Shown one piece after another: positions 1-7,835 of a stretch of 64,000 bases of DNA. Each line of letters opens with the position of its first letter. Position 1 is the first letter of the stretch. The DNA is from Candidatus Bathyarchaeia archaeon (GTDB taxonomy: Bacteria > Patescibacteriota > Microgenomatia > PFEM01 > JAFGMK01). Under the pieces are notes generated by a model. That model searched no databases and was not told the DNA's origin. It was given only the letters and a program-made list of their open reading frames with translations. Both the position numbers and the translations under genes were made by a program. The stretch is taken from positions 116,970 to 180,969 of the forward strand of contig DATKWK010000017.1 in the NCBI GenBank assembly GCA_035529595.1. The letters are read 5' to 3'.

Positions 1-2466
1 TCTTCAAAAAGAATTGACGAAATTCAGGTGGGTGACATAATTCTAACCCGTGAGGATATTGAATCAACCAGGTTGGTTGAGGCGCGAGTCGAAAAGGTTT
101 TTGTTCATCAGGTTAACGAATATTTATTGGTTAATGGAAATCTGAGAGTAACCCCGGTTCACCGTCTGTTTGTGAATAATCGGTGGCAGATTGCCGGCGA
201 TTTAAAAGTCGGGGATAAACTGGTGGATTATACTGGACAGGCGGTTGAGGTTTTCTCGATCGAGGAAAAGTATGGTTCCTTTAAGGTTTATAACCTGCAA
301 ATTGCCGATTACCGAACTTATTTTGCCAATGGTTTTTGGGTTCACAACCAAAAAGGAAACGGTTTTGAAACGGCCAGAACTGACTTTCCGGCGACCGCTT
401 ATTGGAATCCTCACCTGGAAACTAACGACCAGGGAGAGGTCGAAATTGAAGTTGATTTGCCGGATAATTTGACCACCTGGCGATTGTCGGCAGTGGCGGT
501 TTCCCAAGAAACAGCGGTCGGGTCCGCTGTTCATGAAATTCTAGCTACTAAAGAAGTCTTGATTCGGCCGCTGATGCCGCGGTTTGTAAGCAGCGGTGAT
601 CAGCCTGATTTAGGGGTGATTGTCGTTAATACCAGTGATCAAAACCAAGAGGTGACGGTTAAACTTGAAGGCGAAGGTTTCACCATCGTGGCTAAAAGAG
701 ATCAACAGCAAGTAGTCGGGGTTGGCGGGCAGCAGAAATTTTCCTGGCCGGTTACGGTTACCGCTAAAGATAAAGTCAAGGTTCGATTAAGCGCCGAGGG
801 TAACAGTCAGCAGTTTCAAGATCGGGTTGAACTTGAGCTGCCGGTAGTTAGTTTCAGTACCCCTGAGGTAACGGCGACTTCCGGTGAAGCGGCGGACGTG
901 GCTCAAGAGAAGATTTTTCTTCCGGCTGAGGTCGATCAGACTCAGGGGGCGCTCTCCGTTTCTTTATCGCCTTCGCTTTCAGCCGGCGCCCAGCAGGGGT
1001 TTTCCTACCTGAAGTCTTTTCCTTATGAATGTGCCGAACAAATCGCCAGCCGACTGTTATCAGCCAGTCTTATTTCTCAAGCGATGTCCCAGGCGCAAAC
1101 AGATAAAGCCGGCAATCTGACCCGCCAACAACTGGAAGCAGTTGCCAGTGTGGCCGTCCAGAAGCTTAATAATAGTCAACATCCTGATGGCGGCTGGGGT
1201 TGGTGGATCGAATCAGAAACTGATCCCTTTATCAGCGCTTATGTTTTACAGGCGCTTTGGCAAGCCAACCAAAGTAAGTTTGTTGTTGATCAGTCGACGA
1301 TTGAGAAAACAGCTAACTATCTTCAAGGTCAACTGGCAAGTAGTAGTTCCTACCGATTAACTCTTGATGTCCGGGCTTTTGTCCTTCATGTTCTCAATCT
1401 GACCGGCTTTAAAAACGAAAGTTATCTGACGTCTCTTTATGAAAAACGGTACCAGTTAAACTTGGCCGGCCGGGCTTATCTGGCGATGGCCATGCAGGGG
1501 ACTAATCTTTCCCAGGAGCAAAAAAGAATCTTAGGCGATTTGGTTAGTTTGGTTAAAAAAACCTCAACCGGCAGCCATTGGGAGGAACCAACCCCTGCCT
1601 ATTATTTAATGGGCAGCAACAATACCACCACGGCGGTGATTTTAGAAATGTTGACGATGGTTGATCCTAAGAATCCTTTAATTGATGAGGTGGTTCGTTA
1701 TTTGATGGCTAACAGGTACGAGGGTCATTGGCGCTGTACCCGGGAAACGGCGACAATTATTTTAGGCTTAATGAAACAGTTCTTAACTGCCGGCGAAGGA
1801 AAAATAGATTATGAATATGACGTTACTCTAAATCAAGAAAAAATCTTGTCCGGTAAATTTACCAAGGAAAATCTCTTTGATCTGGTAGAAAAAGAGCTCA
1901 CGATTGGGGAGCTTAAAATCGGTGAAGATAATCCTTTCCAAATCGGTAAAAGCGGTCAGGGGAAACTTTATTACAATTTGGACTTGTCTTATTTCTTGCC
2001 TTTTGAAAAGATTGACGCCCTGGAGCGGGGGATGGTGATTGTCCGGGAGCTGGTCGATAGCCGGGGAAAAGTGCTGAATCAGGAAAAAGTGTCAGCCGGC
2101 CAGGACTACTGGGTTCGGCTTACTGTCGTTGCTCCGCAAGAAAGCCATTACGTGATTATTGAAGATAAATTGCCGGCCGGGTTTGAATCGGTCAATGAAA
2201 GTCTCAAGACGACGAATATTTTAAATGTCGACCGGCCGCCGTTTAAAGAGGAAGCCAACCGTTTCTGGTATTTTAATCACCAGGAGCTGCGTGATGACCG
2301 GACGGTTTTGTTTGCCGATTGGCTGCCCCAGGGAGTTTATGAATACAGCTATCGGGTCCGGGCGACTTTACCGGGCCGCTACCACTATCCGCCGGCTCAA
2401 GTCTACCAGATGTATTTTCCCGATGTCTTCGGCCACTCTTCAGGCGACTGGCTGGTAATCGAATAA
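1..2466 (+). CDS. 5'-truncated alpha-2-macroglobulin family protein with a thioester site, preceded in the same reading frame by a Hint/intein C-terminal domain
   Basis: The reading frame is open from nt 1, so the gene starts upstream of the window. Residues up to nt 348 match intein blocks F/G (KVYNLQIADYRTYFANGFWVHN). Downstream are A2M hallmarks: a TTWRL motif and a thioester-like FPYECAEQ motif, plus beta-sandwich (MG-like) segments. Confidence 0.55.
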   Translation, partial: SSKRIDEIQVGDIILTREDIESTRLVEARVEKVFVHQVNEYLLVNGNLRVTPVHRLFVNNRWQIAGDLKVGDKLVDYTGQAVEVFSIEEKYGSFKVYNLQIADYRTYFANGFWVHNQKGNGFETARTDFPATAYWNPHLETNDQGEVEIEVDLPDNLTTWRLSAVAVSQETAVGSAVHEILATKEVLIRPLMPRFVSSGDQPDLGVIVVNTSDQNQEVTVKLEGEGFTIVAKRDQQQVVGVGGQQKFSWPVTVTAKDKVKVRLSAEGNSQQFQDRVELELPVVSFSTPEVTATSGEAADVAQEKIFLPAEVDQTQGALSVSLSPSLSAGAQQGFSYLKSFPYECAEQIASRLLSASLISQAMSQAQTDKAGNLTRQQLEAVASVAVQKLNNSQHPDGGWGWWIESETDPFISAYVLQALWQANQSKFVVDQSTIEKTANYLQGQLASSSSYRLTLDVRAFVLHVLNLTGFKNESYLTSLYEKRYQLNLAGRAYLAMAMQGTNLSQEQKRILGDLVSLVKKTSTGSHWEEPTPAYYLMGSNNTTTAVILEMLTMVDPKNPLIDEVVRYLMANRYEGHWRCTRETATIILGLMKQFLTAGEGKIDYEYDVTLNQEKILSGKFTKENLFDLVEKELTIGELKIGEDNPFQIGKSGQGKLYYNLDLSYFLPFEKIDALERGMVIVRELVDSRGKVLNQEKVSAGQDYWVRLTVVAPQESHYVIIEDKLPAGFESVNESLKTTNILNVDRPPFKEEANRFWYFNHQELRDDRTVLFADWLPQGVYEYSYRVRATLPGRYHYPPAQVYQMYFPDVFGHSSGDWLVIE

Positions 2467-2497
2467 TCTATTATTGTGTTAGCTTCAGGAGGAGATT

Positions 2498-2749
2498 TCA
2501 CTCTTTGCAAGCTCTTTGCCGGTGAATGATTCGGTAAATAATAATTTTCTTGCTTTTATCGAGTTCGTAAATAATTCGATAAGGCCAGGCACGAAGTGAC
2601 CAAAGACCCTTTAATTTGCCGAGTAATGGTTTACCTGAAAAAGGCTCAGATTGGAGTATTTTTAATTTTTTGATGACTTTTCTTTGTTCTGCTTTGGCAA
2701 GATGAGCGAAGTCGTTTTCAGCTTTTTCGGAAAGAATAATTGTCGGCAT
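2498..2749 (-). CDS. RelE/ParE family type II toxin
   Basis: 83 aa with a C-terminal RAWPYRIIYELDKSKKIIIYRIIHRQ pattern typical of RelE/ParE. It lies immediately downstream of an antitoxin-like gene. Confidence 0.55.
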   Translation of the reverse strand: MPTIILSEKAENDFAHLAKAEQRKVIKKLKILQSEPFSGKPLLGKLKGLWSLRAWPYRIIYELDKSKKIIIYRIIHRQRACKE

Positions 2750-2755
2750 TAGATA

Positions 2756-3022
2756 TTATAGCTGGTATTTTTTCTCAAGTTTCTTAAGAGTAATATACTT
2801 TCCTTTTCTGATTTGCCTCCTGGCTTCTTTAATGGATTTTAAAGCATCAGGAATAGAAAGAACCTCCGCAGTTTCTTCAAGAGATTCAAGTTCTTCAAGA
2901 CTCATAACTACCGCCTTGGGCTTTCCGGAAACGGCAACCACAAACCTTTTTAGTTTCTTTTCTACCTGGCTAATAAAGGTTGGTAAATTGGATCTGAAAT
3001 TAGATATTGCCACTGTTTCCAT
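2756..3022 (-). CDS. Phd/YefM family antitoxin
   Basis: METVAISNFRSNLPTFISQVEKK...VVMSLEELESLEETAEVL is the canonical Phd/YefM N-terminus. The track ORF runs to 3058; the internal Met at 3022 is the more likely start. Confidence 0.5.
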   Translation of the reverse strand: METVAISNFRSNLPTFISQVEKKLKRFVVAVSGKPKAVVMSLEELESLEETAEVLSIPDALKSIKEARRQIRKGKYITLKKLEKKYQL

Positions 3023-3188
3023 TGTCTGTAATGTACGATATTTTGTACAAATTGTCAAGGATTAAATTCTTTACGGACCAAACTTTTGGTTGAAAATATA
3101 AAATACCGCTGTACCGTACCTGTTCCACATTAGGGGTGGAACTTTATTGTCAGTAAAGTAAATTTGACAAAAGCCGTTTTGTATTGTA

Positions 3189-3509
3189 TTGTCATTTACA
3201 ATGAAAGACGCCGCTAAACCTAAACCGGTTAAATTTGATTGGAATGAAGGCAATAAAGAAAAAAATTGGCACAAACACCGGGTTGATTTTCGGGAATGCG
3301 AACAGGTTTTTTTTAATCAGCCGTTAAAAATTTTTTATGATAAAAAGCACTCGCAAAAAGAACCAAGATTTGTCGCTTTCGGGAAAACCGATAAAAACAG
3401 AAAACTGATGATAGTTTTTACTCTCAGAGTAAACAGAATTAGAATTATTTCGGCCAGAAACCAAAGCCGAAAAGAAGGGAAAATCTATGAGCAAAAGCAA
3501 AAAAATTAA
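3189..3509 (+). CDS. brnT: BrnT family (DUF497) ribonuclease toxin
   Basis: FDWNEGNKEKNWHKHRVDFRECEQVF matches the BrnT FEWDxxKxxxNxxKHGVSFEEA signature. It overlaps the downstream antitoxin ORF. Confidence 0.55.
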   Translation: MSFTMKDAAKPKPVKFDWNEGNKEKNWHKHRVDFRECEQVFFNQPLKIFYDKKHSQKEPRFVAFGKTDKNRKLMIVFTLRVNRIRIISARNQSRKEGKIYEQKQKN

Positions 3510-3765
3510 ATCAATTCCCAGATTTGAGAACGAAGATCAGGAAAGGGAATTTTGGGCGAAACATGACGTCACCGATTATCTTGATCAATTCGAACCGATA
3601 GAGTTTGATTTATCGGAATTAAAACCTTCAACGAAGTCGGTAACCATCAGATTGCCTGAGTCTCTTTTGGCCGCCTTAAAAAGTCTAGCTCACCGGAAAG
3701 ATATTCCTTACCAGTCGTTAATGAAGGTTTTTCTGGCAGAAAGAGTTAAGCAAGAATTCCGCTAA
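3487..3765 (+). CDS. brnA: BrnA antitoxin (RHH/CopG-like)
   Basis: A 92-aa protein overlapping brnT by 23 nt. The C-terminal TIRLPESLLAALKSLAHRKDIPYQSLMKVFL is BrnA-like. Confidence 0.5.
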   Translation: MSKSKKIKSIPRFENEDQEREFWAKHDVTDYLDQFEPIEFDLSELKPSTKSVTIRLPESLLAALKSLAHRKDIPYQSLMKVFLAERVKQEFR

Positions 3766-3801
3766 AACAACACCCATCACGAATTAATCTTCAGCCGTAG
3801 C
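3764..3801. repeat. 38-bp direct repeat, copy 1 (aaaacaacacccatcacgaattaatcttcagccgtagc)
   Basis: It starts inside the brnA stop codon. A second copy at 4670..4707 is identical except for a tc/ct dinucleotide swap. Confidence 0.8.
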
Positions 3802-4015
3802 CAGAAATCCATTCCTTTTCTGAAAAAAGACTTGGTAAGTTGACTTGTTTTTTTATCTGAAAGAAAGATTAGATGTCAACCTTTCAAGAAATAATAAATA
3901 CCGGCGTGTCGTATTTGTTCCACATCGGGACGGAAATTGTCTGAGAGTTCTATTTACTTGATCGGGTAATTGTGATTTGAAAAAACTTTGCTATAATAAG
4001 CATCAAGGAGAAAAG

Positions 4016-4255
4016 ATGAATAAACGGATCGAAATCAACCCCCAAGTTTTAGTCGGAAAGCCGGTTATTAAAGGAACCAGAATTCCGGTCTATCTGATTT
4101 TAAATCTTTTAGCTCATGGCTACGACTTCAAACGGATTATCAAGGCCTATCCGATTTTGACCAAGGCCGATATTCGGGCGGCGCTTGAATACAGCGAAAA
4201 GAGACTTAAAAGAGAAAAGGTTTTCCCTTTAAGTTTTAAACCAGTTTCAGGATGA
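4016..4255 (+). CDS. DUF433-family protein (antitoxin-like partner of DUF5615)
   Basis: [30 protein letters not shown] is typical of DUF433. A strong AAGGAG ribosome-binding site precedes the ATG at 4016. Its stop overlaps the next start (ATGA). Confidence 0.5.
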   Translation: MNKRIEINPQVLVGKPVIKGTRIPVYLILNLLAHGYDFKRIIKAYPILTKADIRAALEYSEKRLKREKVFPLSFKPVSG

Positions 4256-4617
4256 TCAAATTTCTTCTTGATGCCAATCTCTCTGTTGAAACAGCCCAAT
4301 TTTTAAGAGACCGGAAATTCAATGTTAAAAGTCTTCTGGAAGAGAATTTAGGCCAAATTTCTGATCAGGAAGTAGCTAAGATTGCTTGTAAAGAAGGTCG
4401 AATTATTATTACTCACGATCTTGATTTTGGGGAAATTTACCACTTCAAGGAAGAAGAAAAGCTAGGTATTTTAATCCTCAGGCTGAAAGACCAAACAGTT
4501 GAAGCCGTTAATAAAATCTTAGGTGAATTTCTTAAAAATAAGATAATTCAAAAACAAAAACTTGATCACTCTTTGATAATTCTTGCTGAAAATTCATATC
4601 GAACCTACAAGTCCTGA
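4252..4617 (+). CDS. DUF5615 / Mut7-C-like PIN-fold putative RNase toxin
   Basis: [11 protein letters not shown]...[11 protein letters not shown] pattern. Translationally coupled to the DUF433 gene. Confidence 0.45.
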   Translation: MIKFLLDANLSVETAQFLRDRKFNVKSLLEENLGQISDQEVAKIACKEGRIIITHDLDFGEIYHFKEEEKLGILILRLKDQTVEAVNKILGEFLKNKIIQKQKLDHSLIILAENSYRTYKS

Positions 4618-4669
4618 TAGTAGTATCGCTTTCAGCCTCAATACCGGAGCGGAAGAGACTTAAAAAAAT

Positions 4670-4707
4670 AAAACAACACCCATCACGAATTAATCTCTAG
4701 CCGTAGC
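4670..4707. repeat. 38-bp direct repeat, copy 2
   Basis: Matches 3764..3801. An inverted pair ccggagcgg (4644-4652) / ccgctccgg (4719-4727) flanks it. Confidence 0.8.
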
Positions 4708-4801
4708 TATAAATTAACCCGCTCCGGGTGTTGAGTCTTGTATCCCCTCAGGGTAATTCCTGCCGCAGTTGGCAAGTTTTACCCGTCGGGGAGAAGGTCA
4801 G

Positions 4802-5722
4802 TTAGGGTGGGCAGGGACACCAGTCAGGAAAACTGGTGCCGTAGGTGTCTTCCAGTTCCACGCTGGCCAGATCGGCTTGGGTTGGGCTCGATGCGGTGTG
4901 GAAGAACAGCACTGGCGCCCAGGCCTGGGGGTCGACCACCGTCCAGTGGACATGGAAGTCCACAGCGTCTGCCGGCCTCACGTCCCGGTACCACCCAGAC
5001 ATCATTTGATACTGGAATGGTTGGGATCCGTGAGGGACTTCATCTATCCGTGCCCCTTCCCCGGCTGCGAACCAGACCCTCGTCCAGAGACCGCTCCAGG
5101 GGCCCTCTTCCATTCGAACCGTCAACTTGCCGCCGGTTTCGGAGCCAGACAGCTCTAGATAGTTGGCATTGTCCTGCCAGAAGACCCTCCAGACTAATGT
5201 GTCGCTCCAAGCGGAGGGCGGACCGTCGTCCCACTCACCACGGACCCGAAACCAGAAAGTGCCGAACGGTCGGATTAGGTCGACCCAGTTGTGTCCAACG
5301 AACTGGATTTCCTGCCACGTCTGGCCCTCATCCACCGACTCCTGGAGGCGGAAGTAGTCGAAGATCTCCTCAGTGCTAGGGTCGTAGTACTGCCAGAAAA
5401 GGGATACTTCAGTGGAGCCATTGACATCGTTCCACCACTCCGGCCGCCAGGGGAAGTTCTTTCCCATGAGGGGGAAATAGAGAGTGGTGACTGGCGTAAA
5501 GGTGATAGGCGCGGTGGCGATGGCCACGGGTGTCTCTGATTCGGGCTCCTCTTTGGGACGGACGATCCAGCCTCGCTCAGGATTAACCGCTTCCCATCCT
5601 TCGGGAACGGATGGCGGAGTCGGTTCTTGAGCCGAGGCGTGGGTGCCGCAGAACGCGATGATCACCAGCCCCAGCGGGATGGCGATCGCGGCAACGATGT
5701 TGAGCCATTTTTTCTTGTTCAT
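4802..5722 (-). CDS. secreted Trp-rich FN3-like protein encoded on a GC-rich (foreign-composition) segment
   Basis: The segment ~4740-5720 is visibly GC-rich (~60%) against ~40% flanks. The product MNKKKWLNIVAAIAIPLGLVIIAFCGTHASA looks like a signal peptide, followed by an FN3-like W..Y..YRL/FRV pattern. The start is taken at the Met with the signal peptide. Confidence 0.4.
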   Translation of the reverse strand: MNKKKWLNIVAAIAIPLGLVIIAFCGTHASAQEPTPPSVPEGWEAVNPERGWIVRPKEEPESETPVAIATAPITFTPVTTLYFPLMGKNFPWRPEWWNDVNGSTEVSLFWQYYDPSTEEIFDYFRLQESVDEGQTWQEIQFVGHNWVDLIRPFGTFWFRVRGEWDDGPPSAWSDTLVWRVFWQDNANYLELSGSETGGKLTVRMEEGPWSGLWTRVWFAAGEGARIDEVPHGSQPFQYQMMSGWYRDVRPADAVDFHVHWTVVDPQAWAPVLFFHTASSPTQADLASVELEDTYGTSFPDWCPCPP

Positions 5723-6313
5723 GTGTCTCTCCTGAAGTGGGTTATGTGGCTGACGCTTTCCGGCCAAGCGATTCCTCTTGGAGAATGGGTGACTAGTCCT
5801 TTCCTGATCTTTCCTAAGGATCAAGAAAACGAAATCTCCAAGCTGCCGGAAGCAGAAAGGGTAATATTTAATTAAAAGCCAAAACTGCGACTCACCTCGG
5901 AGGAGCCAAGGTCGTTGCCTTGTCACCGTCCGAGGTGTTTGGGCGCTTTCTTAAAAAGTGCAAAGTTGGAAATTACTCCCTCTGTTTCCGGTAGCTTCAA
6001 AGATTTTTCTCCAAGAAACCCTAGTTAACTGACCATGTCAAAGTGCTTCTTGCCGAAAAGAGCCCTTTTCCGGCTGCTTTAATAGCCGGTCAAGATGATC
6101 TTAACCGCAAGGAAAGAGGGAAATGATTATTCTGTCTTTCCTTATGGTTAAGGCAATCAAAAACAAACCCGGTTTTAGAGGTTTATCTTTTGATCTCTAA
6201 AACAGCCTTATTATAGTTCAAACAAAGCCAAATTACAAGTACTATAGGGTTTTTGAAAACAGCTTTACAATTTATGATATGATATTCTCTAGAATAGAAA
6301 TTCATTTTTTGCT

Positions 6314-6580
6314 ATGGATCAAAAAATAAAACCTGAGAAACCATCCATCAAAGTCGCTGTTCCTGACGTCTTTAAAGCCGGTGTTCATTCCAACGTAGTT
6401 TCCGTGACCTCCACCAGTGATAATGAGGTTATTTTCGATTTTATATTTTCCAATCCCCAAGAAAAGGAAAACGAGATGCGGGTTGGGGTTTTGGTTTCAA
6501 GAGTAGTTTTGCCGACGTCTGTCGCCAATCGTTTATTATCAATTCTTAAAAAACATTTAAAAAAATCTCAAGTTGAGTAA
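6314..6580 (+). CDS. DUF3467-like small protein
   Basis: Resembles the ORF at 17561 (EVIFDF...RVVLP vs LVFDF...RIGMS pattern). The family assignment is from memory. Confidence 0.35.
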   Translation: MDQKIKPEKPSIKVAVPDVFKAGVHSNVVSVTSTSDNEVIFDFIFSNPQEKENEMRVGVLVSRVVLPTSVANRLLSILKKHLKKSQVE

Positions 6581-6585
6581 TATTT

Positions 6586-6813
6586 ATGACCGCTGTTTCT
6601 TATTTCAACATCCAACTTCCAAATTTAAAATTTCATGATCAAACAAGCGATTTTGGTTTAATTATTCAATCAGGTTTTACGCCACCCCAGAAAGAAACCA
6701 AAGATTTATTCGCTCTTATTGAGCATTTAGATATTATTCAAGAATCCCGTGAGTTGATAAAAAAAGGTCAATTTATCACCTGGAAAGATTTTGTTAAAAA
6801 GAATGAGTCTTAA
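6586..6813 (+). CDS. putative antitoxin of a ParE/RelE-type module
   Basis: A 75-aa ORF overlapping the downstream toxin-like gene by 23 nt. No family motif was recognised. Confidence 0.3.
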   Translation: MTAVSYFNIQLPNLKFHDQTSDFGLIIQSGFTPPQKETKDLFALIEHLDIIQESRELIKKGQFITWKDFVKKNES

Positions 6814-7105
6814 AAATGAAGAAAAAACCTATCGAATTATTCTTCCCAGTAAAGGTCGAGGTTTAAAGGAGATAAAAAGGCTTTATAAAAGAAGAGAGAG
6901 ACAAGTAGAAAAGGCGATTAAAAAACTTCAAAAGTTTCCCACAAACATTAGCCAAAAAGGAATTGAAAAACTGAAAAACCCCATTTTTGGCCAATATTCA
7001 ATTCGAGTCGCTGCTGGTGATAGGATATTTTATGATGTTAATAGTCAAACCGGAGAAGTTTATATTTTACGGGCAGGCAAGCACGATATTTACAAGCGAT
7101 TATAG
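6791..7105 (+). CDS. ParE/RelE family toxin
   Basis: KTYRIIL...IKRLYKRRERQVEKAIKKL...NPIFG...YSIRVAAGDRIFYDVNSQTGEVYILRAGKHDIYK matches the ParE/RelE fold pattern. Confidence 0.5.
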   Translation: MLKRMSLKNEEKTYRIILPSKGRGLKEIKRLYKRRERQVEKAIKKLQKFPTNISQKGIEKLKNPIFGQYSIRVAAGDRIFYDVNSQTGEVYILRAGKHDIYKRL

Positions 7106-7717
7106 ATTGATCCTCAAAAGATCGGTGTAAATCGGGCCTTGGGGAGTCAGTTGGCTTTTAATCAAAGCGACTTGGTTGATTTGAAACGACCATTTTCCCG
7201 GCAGTTGGAACTGGCTTAAAAACCGGCCGAACTCCTTTTTTTGCCCTGGCTTTATTTTTCGCAAACGGGCGATAGTTAGATGCGGGATAAAGGGTTTTGA
7301 ATCAAAAGGAATTTTTTCCTGATTAAGTTTTTCTCTTATTTGGCTATTGATCAGATTTATTTTTTCAATTTCTCCGGTCAAGCCGATCCAAATGATTTTG
7401 GGGAAATCCGGGTTGGGAAAGGCGCCTAACGGGGTTAGTTTAAGTTCAATTGAACTATTCACCTCAGAGGAGTCATGGTTTCTCCGCCGACTGGCGGATT
7501 CAGCCTGACACCTACGAGGTGTTAGGGTATTTTTCATAAGCTTGGCAGTTAGCTCCGCTTGTTCAGGGCTGATATCGGCAAAAAAAATCAGGGTCAAATG
7601 CAGATTTTGTCTTTTAACCCAGGTTGCCTTTACTCCTTTCTGCCGGAGCTGATTCTGGATTTTCTCGAGCCGGTCTTTAATTTTTTCCGGGATTTCTAAA
7701 GCAATAAAAGCTCTCAT
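7100..7717 (-). CDS. thpR: RNA 2',3'-cyclic phosphodiesterase (2H phosphoesterase, ThpR/LigT)
   Basis: Two H-x-T-x motifs (HLTLIFF and HLTIARL). A ~25-aa GC-rich insertion lies between the two halves. Confidence 0.6.
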   Translation of the reverse strand: MRAFIALEIPEKIKDRLEKIQNQLRQKGVKATWVKRQNLHLTLIFFADISPEQAELTAKLMKNTLTPRRCQAESASRRRNHDSSEVNSSIELKLTPLGAFPNPDFPKIIWIGLTGEIEKINLINSQIREKLNQEKIPFDSKPFIPHLTIARLRKIKPGQKKEFGRFLSQFQLPGKWSFQINQVALIKSQLTPQGPIYTDLLRINL

Positions 7718-7835
7718 GACAGCTAAACTTAAATTTCAAAGATAAAAACTCAAAACCACAACTCAAAACCGAAAATTTTTTAAAGTTTATAAAATTTTAG
7801 ATGTGGATTTAACATTTGCGTTTTGATTTTTTAGA

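Noticed and set aside
202-2458. Small ORFs 202..534(-), 245..472(+), 1142..1360(+) and 2225..2458(+) inside the A2M-like gene
   Set aside because: They are fully nested in or antisense to a long, motif-supported CDS and have no features of their own. They are shadow ORFs.
4738-5539. Plus-strand ORFs 4738..5379, 4769..5158, 5163..5357 and 5291..5539, and minus-strand 5040..5234
   Set aside because: They are Arg/Pro/Gly-rich translations of GC-rich DNA opposite or within the 4802..5722 gene. This is a compositional artefact.
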